DNA of 64,000 bases from contig NC_045696.1 of NCBI RefSeq assembly GCF_009834535.1, forward strand, positions 69,380,001 through 69,444,000, read 5' to 3'. The DNA comes from Camelus ferus (lineage: Eukaryota). The notes below the pieces were generated by a model, which worked only from the letters and a program-made list of their open reading frames with translations, was not told the origin of the DNA and did not search any database. The translations under genes and the position numbers were made by a program. Positions 13,070-23,740 of the stretch are shown here, piece after piece; within the stretch, counting starts at the first letter, position 1; each line of letters begins with the position of its first letter.

Positions 13070-13940
13070 CCTGAACCCTGGATTTGATCCCTTTTCTACC
13101 ATGTAAGGCTGGATGACTTTGGGCAAGTGACTTACCCTCTTTTTTTTATGCCTTTCTGTCTTAATCTATAAAAATAGGAATAAATAATGACATCTGTTAG
13201 GAGGGTTGTTGTGAATTTAGATGAGATTATTTAAATGAGAGTTGTTTTCTGGCACTTGACGATTTCCCAGTGTTCTACAAATGTTATCTCATGCTGCTCT
13301 TACTACAACTACTTCCATCACTACAAGTCCTGTCACTATCAGCAAAACTTGTTAGAAGAATTAACCCCAAATCTCAAAGTTAGAACCTACATTAGTTACC
13401 ATTTAATTAGTACCTACCATGTGAATACTCTGTTGGGTATCTTTGCTGACACTAATGAGTCTAACCCTCACAGTCAGCCTGACCTACAGTTTCCCTCGCT
13501 TTTAATGAAAAAATTCAGTGATAATGAGTCGGGGTTTCTTAAGGTCCCAAGGAAAATAGTGGTAGGGAGGGGAACTATGCATATTCTTGATCTAGGCATT
13601 TTTCTAGTTATTTATGCCTTGCTTCAGTCCAAAGAGTTGAGGGCATGTGCCAGGCAGCAGAGTGCCCTAGAAAGTCCAAAAACATCAAAACTGAAGAGCC
13701 CTGGGTTGGAATCCCAGGTCTGTCACTTATTAGTCACATGACTTAGGAATGTTATATAAAACCTCTGTGCACTTCAGTTTTCACCACCCATTGAATTAGC
13801 TATGCAAACTGAAAGCTAGTCATCATTATCCCCGTTACCTGATGAGTAAAGCAAGAGTCAGAGATGTTGAAACTTCACAAAGTTTACAAAACTATTAGGT
13901 AAGTAAATAACAGAGCCAGATATTGGCCCCAGTTTGAAAT
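13070..13940. mobile_element. Cluster of MIR fragments in both orientations
   Basis: GACTTTGGGCAAGTGACTTACCCTCT...ATCTATAAAAATAGG; CTGGGTTGGAATCCCAGG..TGTCACTTA; CATTATCCCC...GATGAG. Confidence 0.7.
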
Positions 13941-14599
13941 CTGATCCGATTTTAAATTCTGAGTTATTCTAAGCTATCTAAATGGTGCCCTTCCCAAGTG
14001 CAAAGCTGGGATTCAAACATAGTACAGTGCTTCCTATCACATTGTGGTACTGTTGTTTTTCTAGGGGCATTTGACTTAAGGGGGAAAAACGCCAGGCATT
14101 CTGACTCCCCATTTGCACTTGCCCCTCCCAAATGGCTAAGTATCTCAAGACCTTCTTTTGAAAATAATTAAAAATTATACTGCTTCAAAGTGATGAGGGA
14201 GAAGATGTGCTAGTGGAAAGTGAGGCAGCCCAGATTATAGCTTGAGTTACTGGTTTGCTTTTCTTTCATCCCCATTTCATGTACCATAGCAGTCTGGTAT
14301 CTGCCCCAACACACCCTGGGAAAACATTCTCCTAAGGTCATCAATGATCTCCTGGTAATCAATCTCATGGACCTTTAAATTTTTTCCATCATTTAGTACC
14401 AAATATAGACTAAGGCACACAAAGGCACCAGATGATTCAATGTTTAAAAGATGCCAGGACTCCAACAGAGTCCAGTCCATGGTGGGAATGACAAGAAGAA
14501 AGATAAGCTGAAAGCAAGGCAGAGCGTGAGACATAGAAGCACAGACAGCTCTGGGTGTTATCACCTGTCCCCTCTTCCACACACGTCCTTCTCCTCACC

Positions 14600-15190
14600 C
14601 TACCCATCTTTGTGTGACTTTCCCCCATGACTGAAGCCACGGCCTCCACTCCTGCAACCACTCCCCGTTCAGCATCTCCACCGAGGCCACTCCCCCTAAT
14701 TATGCCCTATTCACTCAGCTACTACTATGATGGCCTTTAAAACCAACACATTCAAAGCTGCACTCACCATTCCTGCCGCCAGCAGCCCCTTTCTAGCCAA
14801 ATGCGTCATTGTTTATCCTTAACACATTTCTCTCATCCCCTAAGTTTAATCATTCTCCAAAATGCTTTCACATCTTCCCCCTGGATAGCCCTTGAACACA
14901 TCTGCTTTTTTCATCTATACAGTCACTTGATTTAATTCAGGCCACCCTGTCTCTTGCCTGGATTATTCAGTCAGCCTCCCAGCTGATTGCCTTCAACGCT
15001 TCAGCCTGTCTCTCATCAGCTGTCCACACTTGATCAGAGTGATCTATGTAAGAGCAAAATTTGACCTTGTACTTCCATGCTTAAAATCTCCATTGTCTTC
15101 AGCATAAAATCAAAACTCTTATGTGTGACCCACAAGTCTCAACAAGGCCTGACACCATCTTCTCTCTCCTCCCTTCCCTTCTCCCACTCC
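14600..15190 (+). mobile_element. L2 fragment
   Basis: TCAGCATCTCCACC...AACACATTCAAAGCTG...TCTCTTGCCTGGATTATT..CAGCCTCC...CAGAGTGATCT...TGCTTAAAA. Confidence 0.75.
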
Positions 15191-15212
15191 ACACCCCATT
15201 ATGGTCCATAAT

Positions 15213-15316
15213 TAGGGTGACTAAATACTTATGAGACTGGAAGGAGCCCCTAGTCATAAGAAACCTGAGATTAAACTGGAATTCCCCAGGGCAAACTAAA
15301 ACATGTGGTCGATCTA
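15213..15316. mobile_element. MER81/MER94-like hAT-Blackjack MITE
   Basis: TAGGGTGAC...GGCAAACT...TGGTCGATCTA termini. Confidence 0.55.
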
Positions 15317-16931
15317 ATCCATAATGGCCTTCTCAGACCCCAAATCTACATTAAGCTTTTCTCTCTCTGTCCCCAGAGCTAACTGGCAACTTCTCTGTGT
15401 CTCTTGGCTCATGTTTTCAGAGACAGAGAATTCGTTTGTCCCAGAGCATTTTTTAAAGCAAACCTAAGTTATAGCCCCCAGCCAGCCTCCAGATTGGTTG
15501 GCCACCTTTTGTCAGGTGACCAGGATGGGTCAATCAGGGGTGTCAGCATAGGCTGCCCCATGCACAGTTTACGGCCACTCACTGCAGCAAGGCCTGTGAG
15601 TGAGGACTTTCTTGGAAGTACGTGGGTGGGGGTAAAGAGAGAAAGGAAGGGGGAGGGGGAGGGGAGAGAGACTGAGACTTGGTAGCATCCAGTCTCTGGT
15701 TCTGGTTGTTCATGAAGGCCATCCACTTCCTCACTCTCTCTGCAGTTTGGTGATTTAGAAGTTTGGGCTGGTTTTTCTGCTATTTAGTAATAGAGTCTTG
15801 ACTAACATAGGACTACCATGGATCGGCCAGAGCCCTCTTCCCCAGGCCCCCCATCAAATGTTGGAAGACAGCTCCCGGGTCCCCTGTGCCAGGGTCATTT
15901 CTGCTCGGCAGCGCAGCACAATCCACTGCAGTCTGTGCAGCCCTGGGCTTCAGAGGAGCCTCATCAGAGGAAAAGGGCTTTGCCTTTTTTTTTTTTTTTT
16001 TAACTGTTGGGCTTATCTGTAAGTCTTCCTTTGAACAAAGGAATCTGTAGTTTTAAAATGTTTGAAAACAACTGCCCTGAGTTTTTGAATCAGAGCCCAT
16101 TTGGGTTCACTGTTGTATCATCAGTGTTTAGAATTGGCCATGCATACAGTGGCATCAGTAAATGGTAGGTGAATGAATGCATTATTGGGTTCAAGCTCCT
16201 TCATGACCCTAGCGGTTCTCCTCTGAAGGCACTGGCCTCTAAGTTACCTGGACCTGTCATCTTCTACACTTTAAAAACTTCTCCCCTTCTTTCGGAACAT
16301 CTGCCTGGAGATGGCAGGCCTAGACTGGACACCACCAAATTCCCGCCCACCCTGTTCCTCCTCCATATGCCAGCCACCCAGCGCCACTTCCCCCAGTGCA
16401 GCCAACCCGTCAGCTGGCTAACTTGGAGGAAGTCCTTTCTCCACAGCTGAATTTTCTTCTATCTCCCTTTCAAATCCTGCTGCGCTGTTATTCAGTAATG
16501 GAAACAGCAGAAATCACTTTAGAAAGGAAGCCAGCTGGTTCATTAGTCTGATTAAACTCAAGCAATGGGATCTGAGCACAGTTCACATGATGAATAAGCG
16601 TGCCTTCTCCTTGGCCACAGTGCATTTTGCAGTGATTATTAATCTTGGGGCTCAGTCACCCCTCACATCTGCAAAATCATGGGGGTCAGAAAGAAAGGAC
16701 AGGGCTGCAGTTGGATGATGTCAGGACTTTCTCAGTAAAAGTGGTTCAGCCTCCCCTCTTGCCCTCACAGTCAGCCTGGCAAAGTCCACAAAGTATGGGG
16801 AGTGAGGCTCCCCAAGTCTGTTGGAAAGAGCTTGGTCTTCAGTGACAGTGAGACTCATCTTTAAAATCAGATGTTGCTACTTAATAGCTGTGTTATCCAA
16901 GGCTCAGATTCTTCACTTGAAAGAGGGTGTA

Positions 16932-17148
16932 CAGACTCACAGACATAGAATACAGACTTGTGGTTGCCAGTGGGGGGGGAGGGGGATAAACTGGGAGTTC
17001 GAGATTTGCAGATACTGACTGGTATATATAAAATAGATAAACAAGTTTATACTGTATAGCACAGGGAAATATATTCAATATCTTGTAGTATCTAATGGTG
17101 AAAAAGAATATGAAAATGAATATATGTATATTCAAAAAAAAAAAAGAA
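16932..17148 (+). mobile_element. Short lineage-specific L1 3' fragment with poly(A) and TSD
   Basis: CAGACTCACAGACATAGAA...GAATATGAAAATGAATATATGTATATTC(A)12. TSD GAAAGAGGGTGTA (16919-16931) / GAAAGAGGGGTGTA (17149-17162). Confidence 0.9.
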
Positions 17149-17209
17149 GAAAGAGGGGTGTAAAATGTATTTTTAAGGAAGTCACAAGGACCAGTAACTA
17201 CTTAAAGTT

Positions 17210-17770
17210 CCAAATGCAGTGGTTCAGAATGTCTGGAGTGTAGACAGGAGTGGGCAGAGGTGAGAAACGAGTCAGACCACGGTAAGCAGGGACCAAGTCA
17301 CAAAAGGTCTTAGAGGTTGGGCAGAGGCATTTACGATTTTGTGTTGAAAGTACTGGGGAAATTGTAAAAAGATACAACCACAGGAGAGTGATCTGATCAG
17401 ATCTGCATTTTGGGAAGCTCACTCTGGCTGCAAGGCAGAGGTACGGACACTAGACTGGCGGCAGGGAGGGGGCCAGGACAGTCACCCCAAAGAGATGATG
17501 GGAGTCTAAATGAAGGCAGGGAGTTGAGGAATGAGGAATATGTTCTCTTCCAGCAGATTTGGAAATCAGTAAGGAAGCAAAACAAACTGTCATTACCGAG
17601 GGACTGAAGATGGAAGGGGGGCACTGGAGAGGGAAAGTCCAACTGATTCCTAGGCTTCTGGTTTGGGTGGCTTTGCGGAGAGTGGGAGCCAATCTCTATG
17701 GAAAGGAGCACAAGTGGAGAAGCAAATTTTGAGGACATGAGGAGACACGTTGAGTCTGGGACATGCTGAA
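17210..17770 (-). mobile_element. L2 fragment
   Basis: GAGAGTGATCTGATCAGATCTGCATTTT...CACTCTGGCTGC...GGGACATGCTGAATT. Confidence 0.75.
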
Positions 17771-18429
17771 TTGGAGTTAACAGTTTAAATGTTCCATTTA
17801 ATGCCATAGAATCCAATATGTTGGGGGTACACAATTAGATCCTGTCTAAAGAGTTCACCGCCCCAGGTCCTATTTTTAGGAAGATGAACAGTAAAAGACC
17901 AATCTGTTTATCTCTCTAGTCAGAAAGTTTTCCTGGGAGGTCCTTTTGGAGGCTGTAGCAGCCATGACTGGGTCTAGAAATGCTTCTAAGTTTTCTACCA
18001 AGAAATCTCATTTGCTGTGCAGAACAGCAAAACCTACCATTTTGGATTGTGTCCTCATCCTCCAGGTATGTGCCTTGTGGCTATACATTTTCTCTGCTGG
18101 CTCCAGGTAGGGAGGGGGAAGGTAGCAGCTTCAACAAGAGGGAAGAGCAACAGGCTTGTGCTTCTGCAGAAAAAGATCAAAGACCCCCAGATGATTGTTG
18201 CTATGAAGAGGGGAAGTCACAATGAAGGCAGGGAGAAGGTTAAGGATAAGCATAAGGAAAAATGATAATCAGAGACAATAAAAAAGAACAAAAGATGATA
18301 AGCAACTTATAGACAAAGGCATCCCCAAAGTGGTCTACAATGGGAGAGAAAAAGAAAACGGACCTCAAAGGTGCATTCAGAAGGCAGCTGTGTGATGGAA
18401 AGAACATAGGCATTAGAGTCCCCCTGTTT

Positions 18430-18560
18430 TGGGTTTTGGGTTCAAACCCCAGGTGTGAGCCTGGCTGTGTGACATTGGCCAAATCCTGGAAGCTCTCTGA
18501 GGCTCAGTTTCTCCACCTGTGAAATGCAGAACAATACCTGCCTTGCCAGGTGGGGGTGAG
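18430..18560 (+). mobile_element. MIR
   Basis: GGGTTCAAACCCCAG...GGCTGTGTGAC...CTCAGTTTCTCCACCTGTGAAATG. Confidence 0.8.
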
Positions 18561-20016
18561 AATTGGCTGAGGAAGGTGACCAGGGCAGGGGAGGGAAAGG
18601 GTTGGTTTCAGTAGCTGTTACTGCCTTCCTGCCAGCTGTCATTGGGCTGGTTCTCTCTGCTTTACAACCACAGGAGCAACCCTGCATCCCTGTGGGGACC
18701 CATACCTGAGGGACCCTCTCTGGCCACAGCCCAGGAGGACACTGACTGCAGGATGTCCCCTGAACACATCTTCACCCAAGGAACTCTGGAGGTCTGTCAT
18801 GGTTTGTGAAAAAATGGGGTTTGGCCTTGACTTCCTTGGAATTTGAAAGTATCTGGTGATTATGAGGGAAGCAATGATGTGGAAAGAACCTGGGCCTCGG
18901 TGTCTGACAGATCTGTGCCTGCCTCCTGCCCACAGCCACCCCAGCTCTGTGCCCTTGGGCACCTCACCTAACTCCCCGGGAAGGGCTGCTGTAAGAATGA
19001 AATGACACCACCCACCAGGAGAGAGTGCGGGCACAGAACACGTGTTTTCCTTCTCCCCCTTCTCCTTTGGGATTCTGGAGAAAAACAAATTAAATATAAA
19101 ACTTCACAGGCCTAAATGATATAAATCAATCTCTTAAATGACTATCAAATGTAACTGTCAGCAGACGAGAACAGAAAAGCCAGCATCCAGAATCCAACAA
19201 AATAAGCTGACTCTGACTTTGTGGATTGATGGTAAACTGGCCAAGTTCCTATTCTTCCCCTTTTTTTGATGCTGCAGAGATGAGGTAACACCAATTCCCA
19301 GGCTGAGGAAGAAATTATCCAAATATATTTATGTTTTGTGTTTAATACAGAAAGCAGACAGTCACCTAGAACAAAGTATCCCAACAAGGTTTCATGCTTA
19401 CACAGCAGCTCAGGTTTTGAGTTCAATTTGGCAACTTTTCTCCATCTCCATTCACCACCCAGAAGCAAAAGGATAAGCAGCATGTTTCTGCTGTTTATTT
19501 CTATATTAAACAATCATGAAAAGATCATGGAGCTGAAGTCCAAATTTCTATCAATTTTAATGATCAAGAAGAAGGCAGTAAAGAAATGCAAAGCTCGCAG
19601 TATGTATGTTGAGATTTGTCTCAAGACCAGAGGAAGAAGACACAAGTTTATCCTCCAATGACAATGATATTTCTGGGGGAAACATTTGAGAAGAGATATG
19701 TGGGCAGCAGTCTCTGCCTTCTGAGACTCACCACCCTTAGGAGATCCACTGTCAGAAACCAGCTTACTGGTTCTCAACATAGTGGCACACCCCATCACTC
19801 CTGGAGTCTTGGCAGGGCTTCTGTTAAGGGACCCAGTGAAGGGCAGTGGTCACTGTGAGGGTCCTCAGGGAGTGTTTACCCAGGAGCCTGGAGAGTAAGG
19901 GTAGGAAGGTAGGCAGGACATTCACATGGTAGAATCGGAAGATGAGCTGAACTGAGTCTCTTCCTCATCCTGTGTTAATTTCTACCATGCATGAGGTATG
20001 GGGTAGTATGGTAGGA

Positions 20017-20204
20017 CCAATGATGTGTGAGTAAATATCTGACAACCAGCTCTGGTGGAGTGGGGCCAGGGTGCCTGATTTACAGTGTTTGCAGATGGCA
20101 GTGGTATAACTACTCCCACCATGACTGATTTCAAACTACCAACCTGATGTCACTGAGCACAGAACTGGGAAGAGACACACACCATCATCTACAGCACACC
20201 ACTG
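20017..20204. mobile_element. MER63-like hAT element
   Basis: GTAAATATCTGACAACCAGCTC...CCATGACTGATTTCAAACTACCAAC...CAGCACACCACTG. Confidence 0.7.
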
Positions 20205-20299
20205 TGTAGGGTCTTGGGACCACCACTGCCTGCAGTGGTCAACAGGTCCTGCATGTCACAGAAGGACAGATGTTAAGGCCCTGACTAGCCTTGAAGACA

Positions 20300-20545
20300 C
20301 AGATAAGGCATCATCACCTCCCTGTGAGGAGTCTCCTTCCCGTGCCTCTCCACCCACCGACCCCTGCTGGATGCCCTGTGTCTGTCTCTCCCAGATCACT
20401 TGTGAGGCCATGGTGTCATCATTTGTCCACACACCAGTCCTCCCATTTAGAACCAGGGCCCATTCTTCATTTCCATATCCCCAGCATCTAGCAGAGTGCC
20501 TGGAAAAAGTAGGCTCATAAAGAGTGTTTGGTAAATAAATATGTA
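20300..20545 (+). mobile_element. L2 3' end
   Basis: TATCCCCAGCATCTAGCAGAGTGCCTGG...GTAGGCTCATAAA. Confidence 0.65.
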
Positions 20546-20574
20546 CTGGATGGACACTGGACTGAAATGTTCAA

Positions 20575-20730
20575 GGAGGAGAGGAGGAACGCAGAAGCTG
20601 CCATCAAGCATCTGCAGAGATGTCCTATAAAAAAAAGGATGCATTTATTCTTATGGATGTCAGCAGGTAAAACCGGGACCAACAAGAAAAGTGGCAGAGA
20701 AGCAGTTTTAGGGTCTCTTTGAAAAAATAA
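20575..20730 (+). mobile_element. L3/CR1 3' fragment
   Basis: TCAAGCATCTG...ATTTATTC...AGGTAAAACCGGGACCAA...GAGAAGCAGTTTTAGG. Confidence 0.5.
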
Positions 20731-21129
20731 ACAGAGCTCCTAGGCCGTACAAAGCCATAGAATGCAGGGTCCACCCTGTCTTTCACCTCTCGGTTAGCAT
20801 CTCCTGCCCTTCACCCATTTGAAAAATGGCCCTAGTCAGTTCCCCTTGCTTTCAGCCCTGACCCCACACCCCAGCACAGGGAAAGGAGTTTTTGCTGTTG
20901 TTACAAATATTGAGGGAATATCTGCTGGTGTGCATGACTAGGCCAGCAGAGGTGGGGTCACTCAAAGCAATGGAATGAATGTCTTCTCCCAGTATAAAAA
21001 TGAAGAAAAAGAACTCCTGGTGGGCGCTTGGGATTTCTCACATCCTTCCTCCACCAACTGCTTGGCTCTCTCCCCTTTAGACCTTAACCCCACAGCCCTC
21101 TTCACACCACCAACTCCTTCCCTGGGTGG

Positions 21130-21260
21130 TCTGTCATTTTTGCTAGACTCTGAGTCTCTCAAGGACAGAGCAAGACTCCTGTCTGAATCCCCAGTGCCTA
21201 ACACAGCATCTGGTACATTGGAGGTGCCTGAGAAGCATTTGTTAAATGAACATACTCACA
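21130..21260 (+). mobile_element. L2 3' end
   Basis: CTAGACTCTGAG...AATCCCCAGTGCCTAACACAGCATCTGG...TTTGTTAAATGAA. Confidence 0.7.
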
Positions 21261-21491
21261 AATAAGAAAAAAAAAAAGTCCGCTTCCTCCACCTTTAATT
21301 TATATGTCCCAAATTGGCAAAATTCCCAGGGACACCTGGAAACAATCTGCAGATCAAGTAAGCTACGAAGCTAGCCGGAGTTCTGTGAGAAGGTGATTTG
21401 GGAATACTCAGAGTCCTCCAATCCACATCCTTCTAGGGCTAATTTGTAAAAATCTTTTCCTCAGAGACAAATAACTACAAAACCTTTAAAA

Positions 21492-21600
21492 TACAGACAG
21501 TTCCCTACTTAGGAACATGTTGTGTTCTAAAAGCCTATTTATGAAATTGTTGTTTGAAATTCAGAAGACACTTTTTCATAGAGCCACGTTAAGAAAAGTA
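21492..21600. mobile_element. Tigger-like (TcMar) end fragment
   Basis: TA followed by CAGACAGTTCCCTACTTA...TTGTGTTCTAAAAG. Confidence 0.45.
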
Positions 21601-21884
21601 ACCAACAATGGAGCTCTAACTGGAGATATTTGCGAAGCAAAATAATAGAAAGCAATAAAGCCATACTGTGAAGGGAAACTTTTCTTTTAAGCATCATAAA
21701 ATAGACCTATGGAATGTGTCAAACTACACAATAGCCTTTGGACAAGGGGCAATACTCAAAATCAATAAAGTGAAATTTTAAATGGTTTCTTTTTATTTAT
21801 TATGAATGCTGATAACTTGAGAAAAAGCCAGTTTCATTTGGAACGGCTGCAATTAGAAGGGAGCCCTGATGGGAGCTTAGCACA

Positions 21885-22072
21885 GGCTGCGGTGCTCAGA
21901 CTTCAGGGTCTGGGTGAGTTACCTGCAGGACTTGTTTAAAATGCAGATTTTTGGCCTCTGCCCCCAGGGAGGCAGATTTGGTGGGTCTGAGGTAGAGCCC
22001 AGGAATGTGCATTTTAACAAGCACGCAGAAGAGTCTGACCCAGGTGATTTGAGGACCACTCCTGGAGAACTG
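21885..22072. mobile_element. MER5A/B hAT-Charlie
   Basis: CTTGTTTAAAATGCAGATT...GGTCTGAGGTAGAGCCCAGGAATGTGCATTTTAACAAGC. Confidence 0.8.
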
Positions 22073-22301
22073 CCAGCTGGAGGGGAAGCCACATCACGCA
22101 GCTGAGCTGAAGTCTCGTCTCCTGAGACTGTCTCTTTGGGATAGTGTTGAGACCCTTCTTTCTCCTGCTTCCTTTCAGTGGTGGGAGAAGGTGGCCAGTG
22201 ACTACTTGTCACTTCACAAAATATGTATGGATTTAGGGTTAAGAGCACACCTCAGAGAGATGAAAGAAACAATCACTCATTTGATAAAAATTGAGGGCTG
22301 C

Positions 22302-22369
22302 ACCAGAAATTGACACAACATTGTAAACTAACTATACTTCAATAAAAAAGAGACTGTAAAAAAAAAAGG
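22302..22369 (+). mobile_element. Ultra-short L1 terminal fragment
   Basis: ACCAGAAATTGACACAACATTGTAAACTAACTATACTTCAATAAAA plus an A-run. Candidate TSD TTGAGGGCTGC (22291-22301) / TTGAGGGTTGC (22370-22380). Confidence 0.8.
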
Positions 22370-22544
22370 TTGAGGGTTGCGATTCAGCAGGTGTGCGGGT
22401 GATTAAAATAACAAAAACTTTATATCTGTTGGAAAATAACCTCCACCCTAAGTATCAAACCGCCCCCCACTGACTCCTACCAGTAGTGGGCCCCAATTAA
22501 ACTCTCTGTAGAATGGGATTAATAACATCTCCTTTGTAGAATTA

Positions 22545-22545
<1 letters not shown>

Positions 22546-22588
<43 letters not shown>
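22546..22588. repeat. (TG)21 microsatellite
   Basis: Read directly from the sequence. Confidence 0.97.
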
Positions 22589-22590
<2 letters not shown>

Positions 22591-23574
22591 AGTGCACGCA
22601 CATAAGCATGCTCATGGAGGTATGTATAAAGTCCTAGATACGTATGTGTTTAATAAATGGTCATTTACTTCTGTTACTGTATTGCTCAACAACTACTTGG
22701 AGAATGAAGGCAAAGACATCAAAAAATACAGCAAGGCAGCAATAAGCCAGTTCGATTTGTTCACAAGTGCTGTAGATTGAAAATTCAGGCAAGCTCGGTG
22801 CAGGAGAAGCTGCCTTAGAGGAAGTGGACTGTGCACACCGAGGCTTCTGGTTTCTCACACTGGCTCCACCGTTTACTGCCTGGGAGACCCTGAGCAACCA
22901 GCATCTCCCGTATGCAGTGAGGATGGCGGTGCTCTCCTTACCTGACTCTTGGGAGGGTGAACAGATGTCAGCACAGTGCCCGGCACATGATAGGTGCTCA
23001 AGGACTGTAGCTCTTTAGAAGGTTTGAGCGTGAGGATAAACCTCCTCTCAGTGGCAGAATCTCAGGGCCAACAAGGAAATCTTTCAGTTTGTCATCTTTA
23101 AATTCAATCTAATATTATTGATCCCCTACTATGCACAATACTCTGAGTGATAGAAGATGATTAAGATGTAGTCTAATTGCTGCCCCAGGGATGAGGCAGG
23201 GCAGTGGCTGTGAAGCACATGCAAGTAACCGAAATAGGAGGCAGCCTGTTGTAAGTTCTAGGATAAGTGATGAATAAATCTCAATGGGAGTACAGGAGAC
23301 AAGATAATTAACTTCAGAGGGGTGGGTTTAAGAGGCAGCACTACAGAAAGAGCAAGAGAGAGAAAAAGGACAGCACTCCCTGCCATGGGGGTAGCCTGAG
23401 TAGGATACAGAGGGGGTGAGTGCCAGGGGTCCTGGGATGATGAAGCCGGTCAATGTGTGTACTGAGTCCCCGAAGGGCTTGCCGGAAGTGTAGGTGGATG
23501 AGTAAGCCGGGATCACTTCTCGGAGGACTTTGCATGCCATTTGAGGGAACATCAAGTTTATTCTAAAGCAGTAA

Positions 23575-23740
23575 TAACAATGATCCCATTTATTGAGGAC
23601 TTACTATGTGACTGACATTGTGCTAATTTTTTAAATAAATATTTCTTCCAAACCCCGTAAAAACCTATGCATAATTATTATCAGGTCCATTTTATGAATG
23701 ACAAATCTGAGGCCGTGAAGGCTTTTAAGTAGAGGGAGGG
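23575..23740 (-). mobile_element. MIR
   Basis: CATTTATTGAGGACTTACTATGTG...CCATTTTA..AATGA. Confidence 0.7.

Noticed and set aside
13235..13741. 168-aa ORF
   Set aside because: Runs across MIR fragments, with no protein similarity or exon context.
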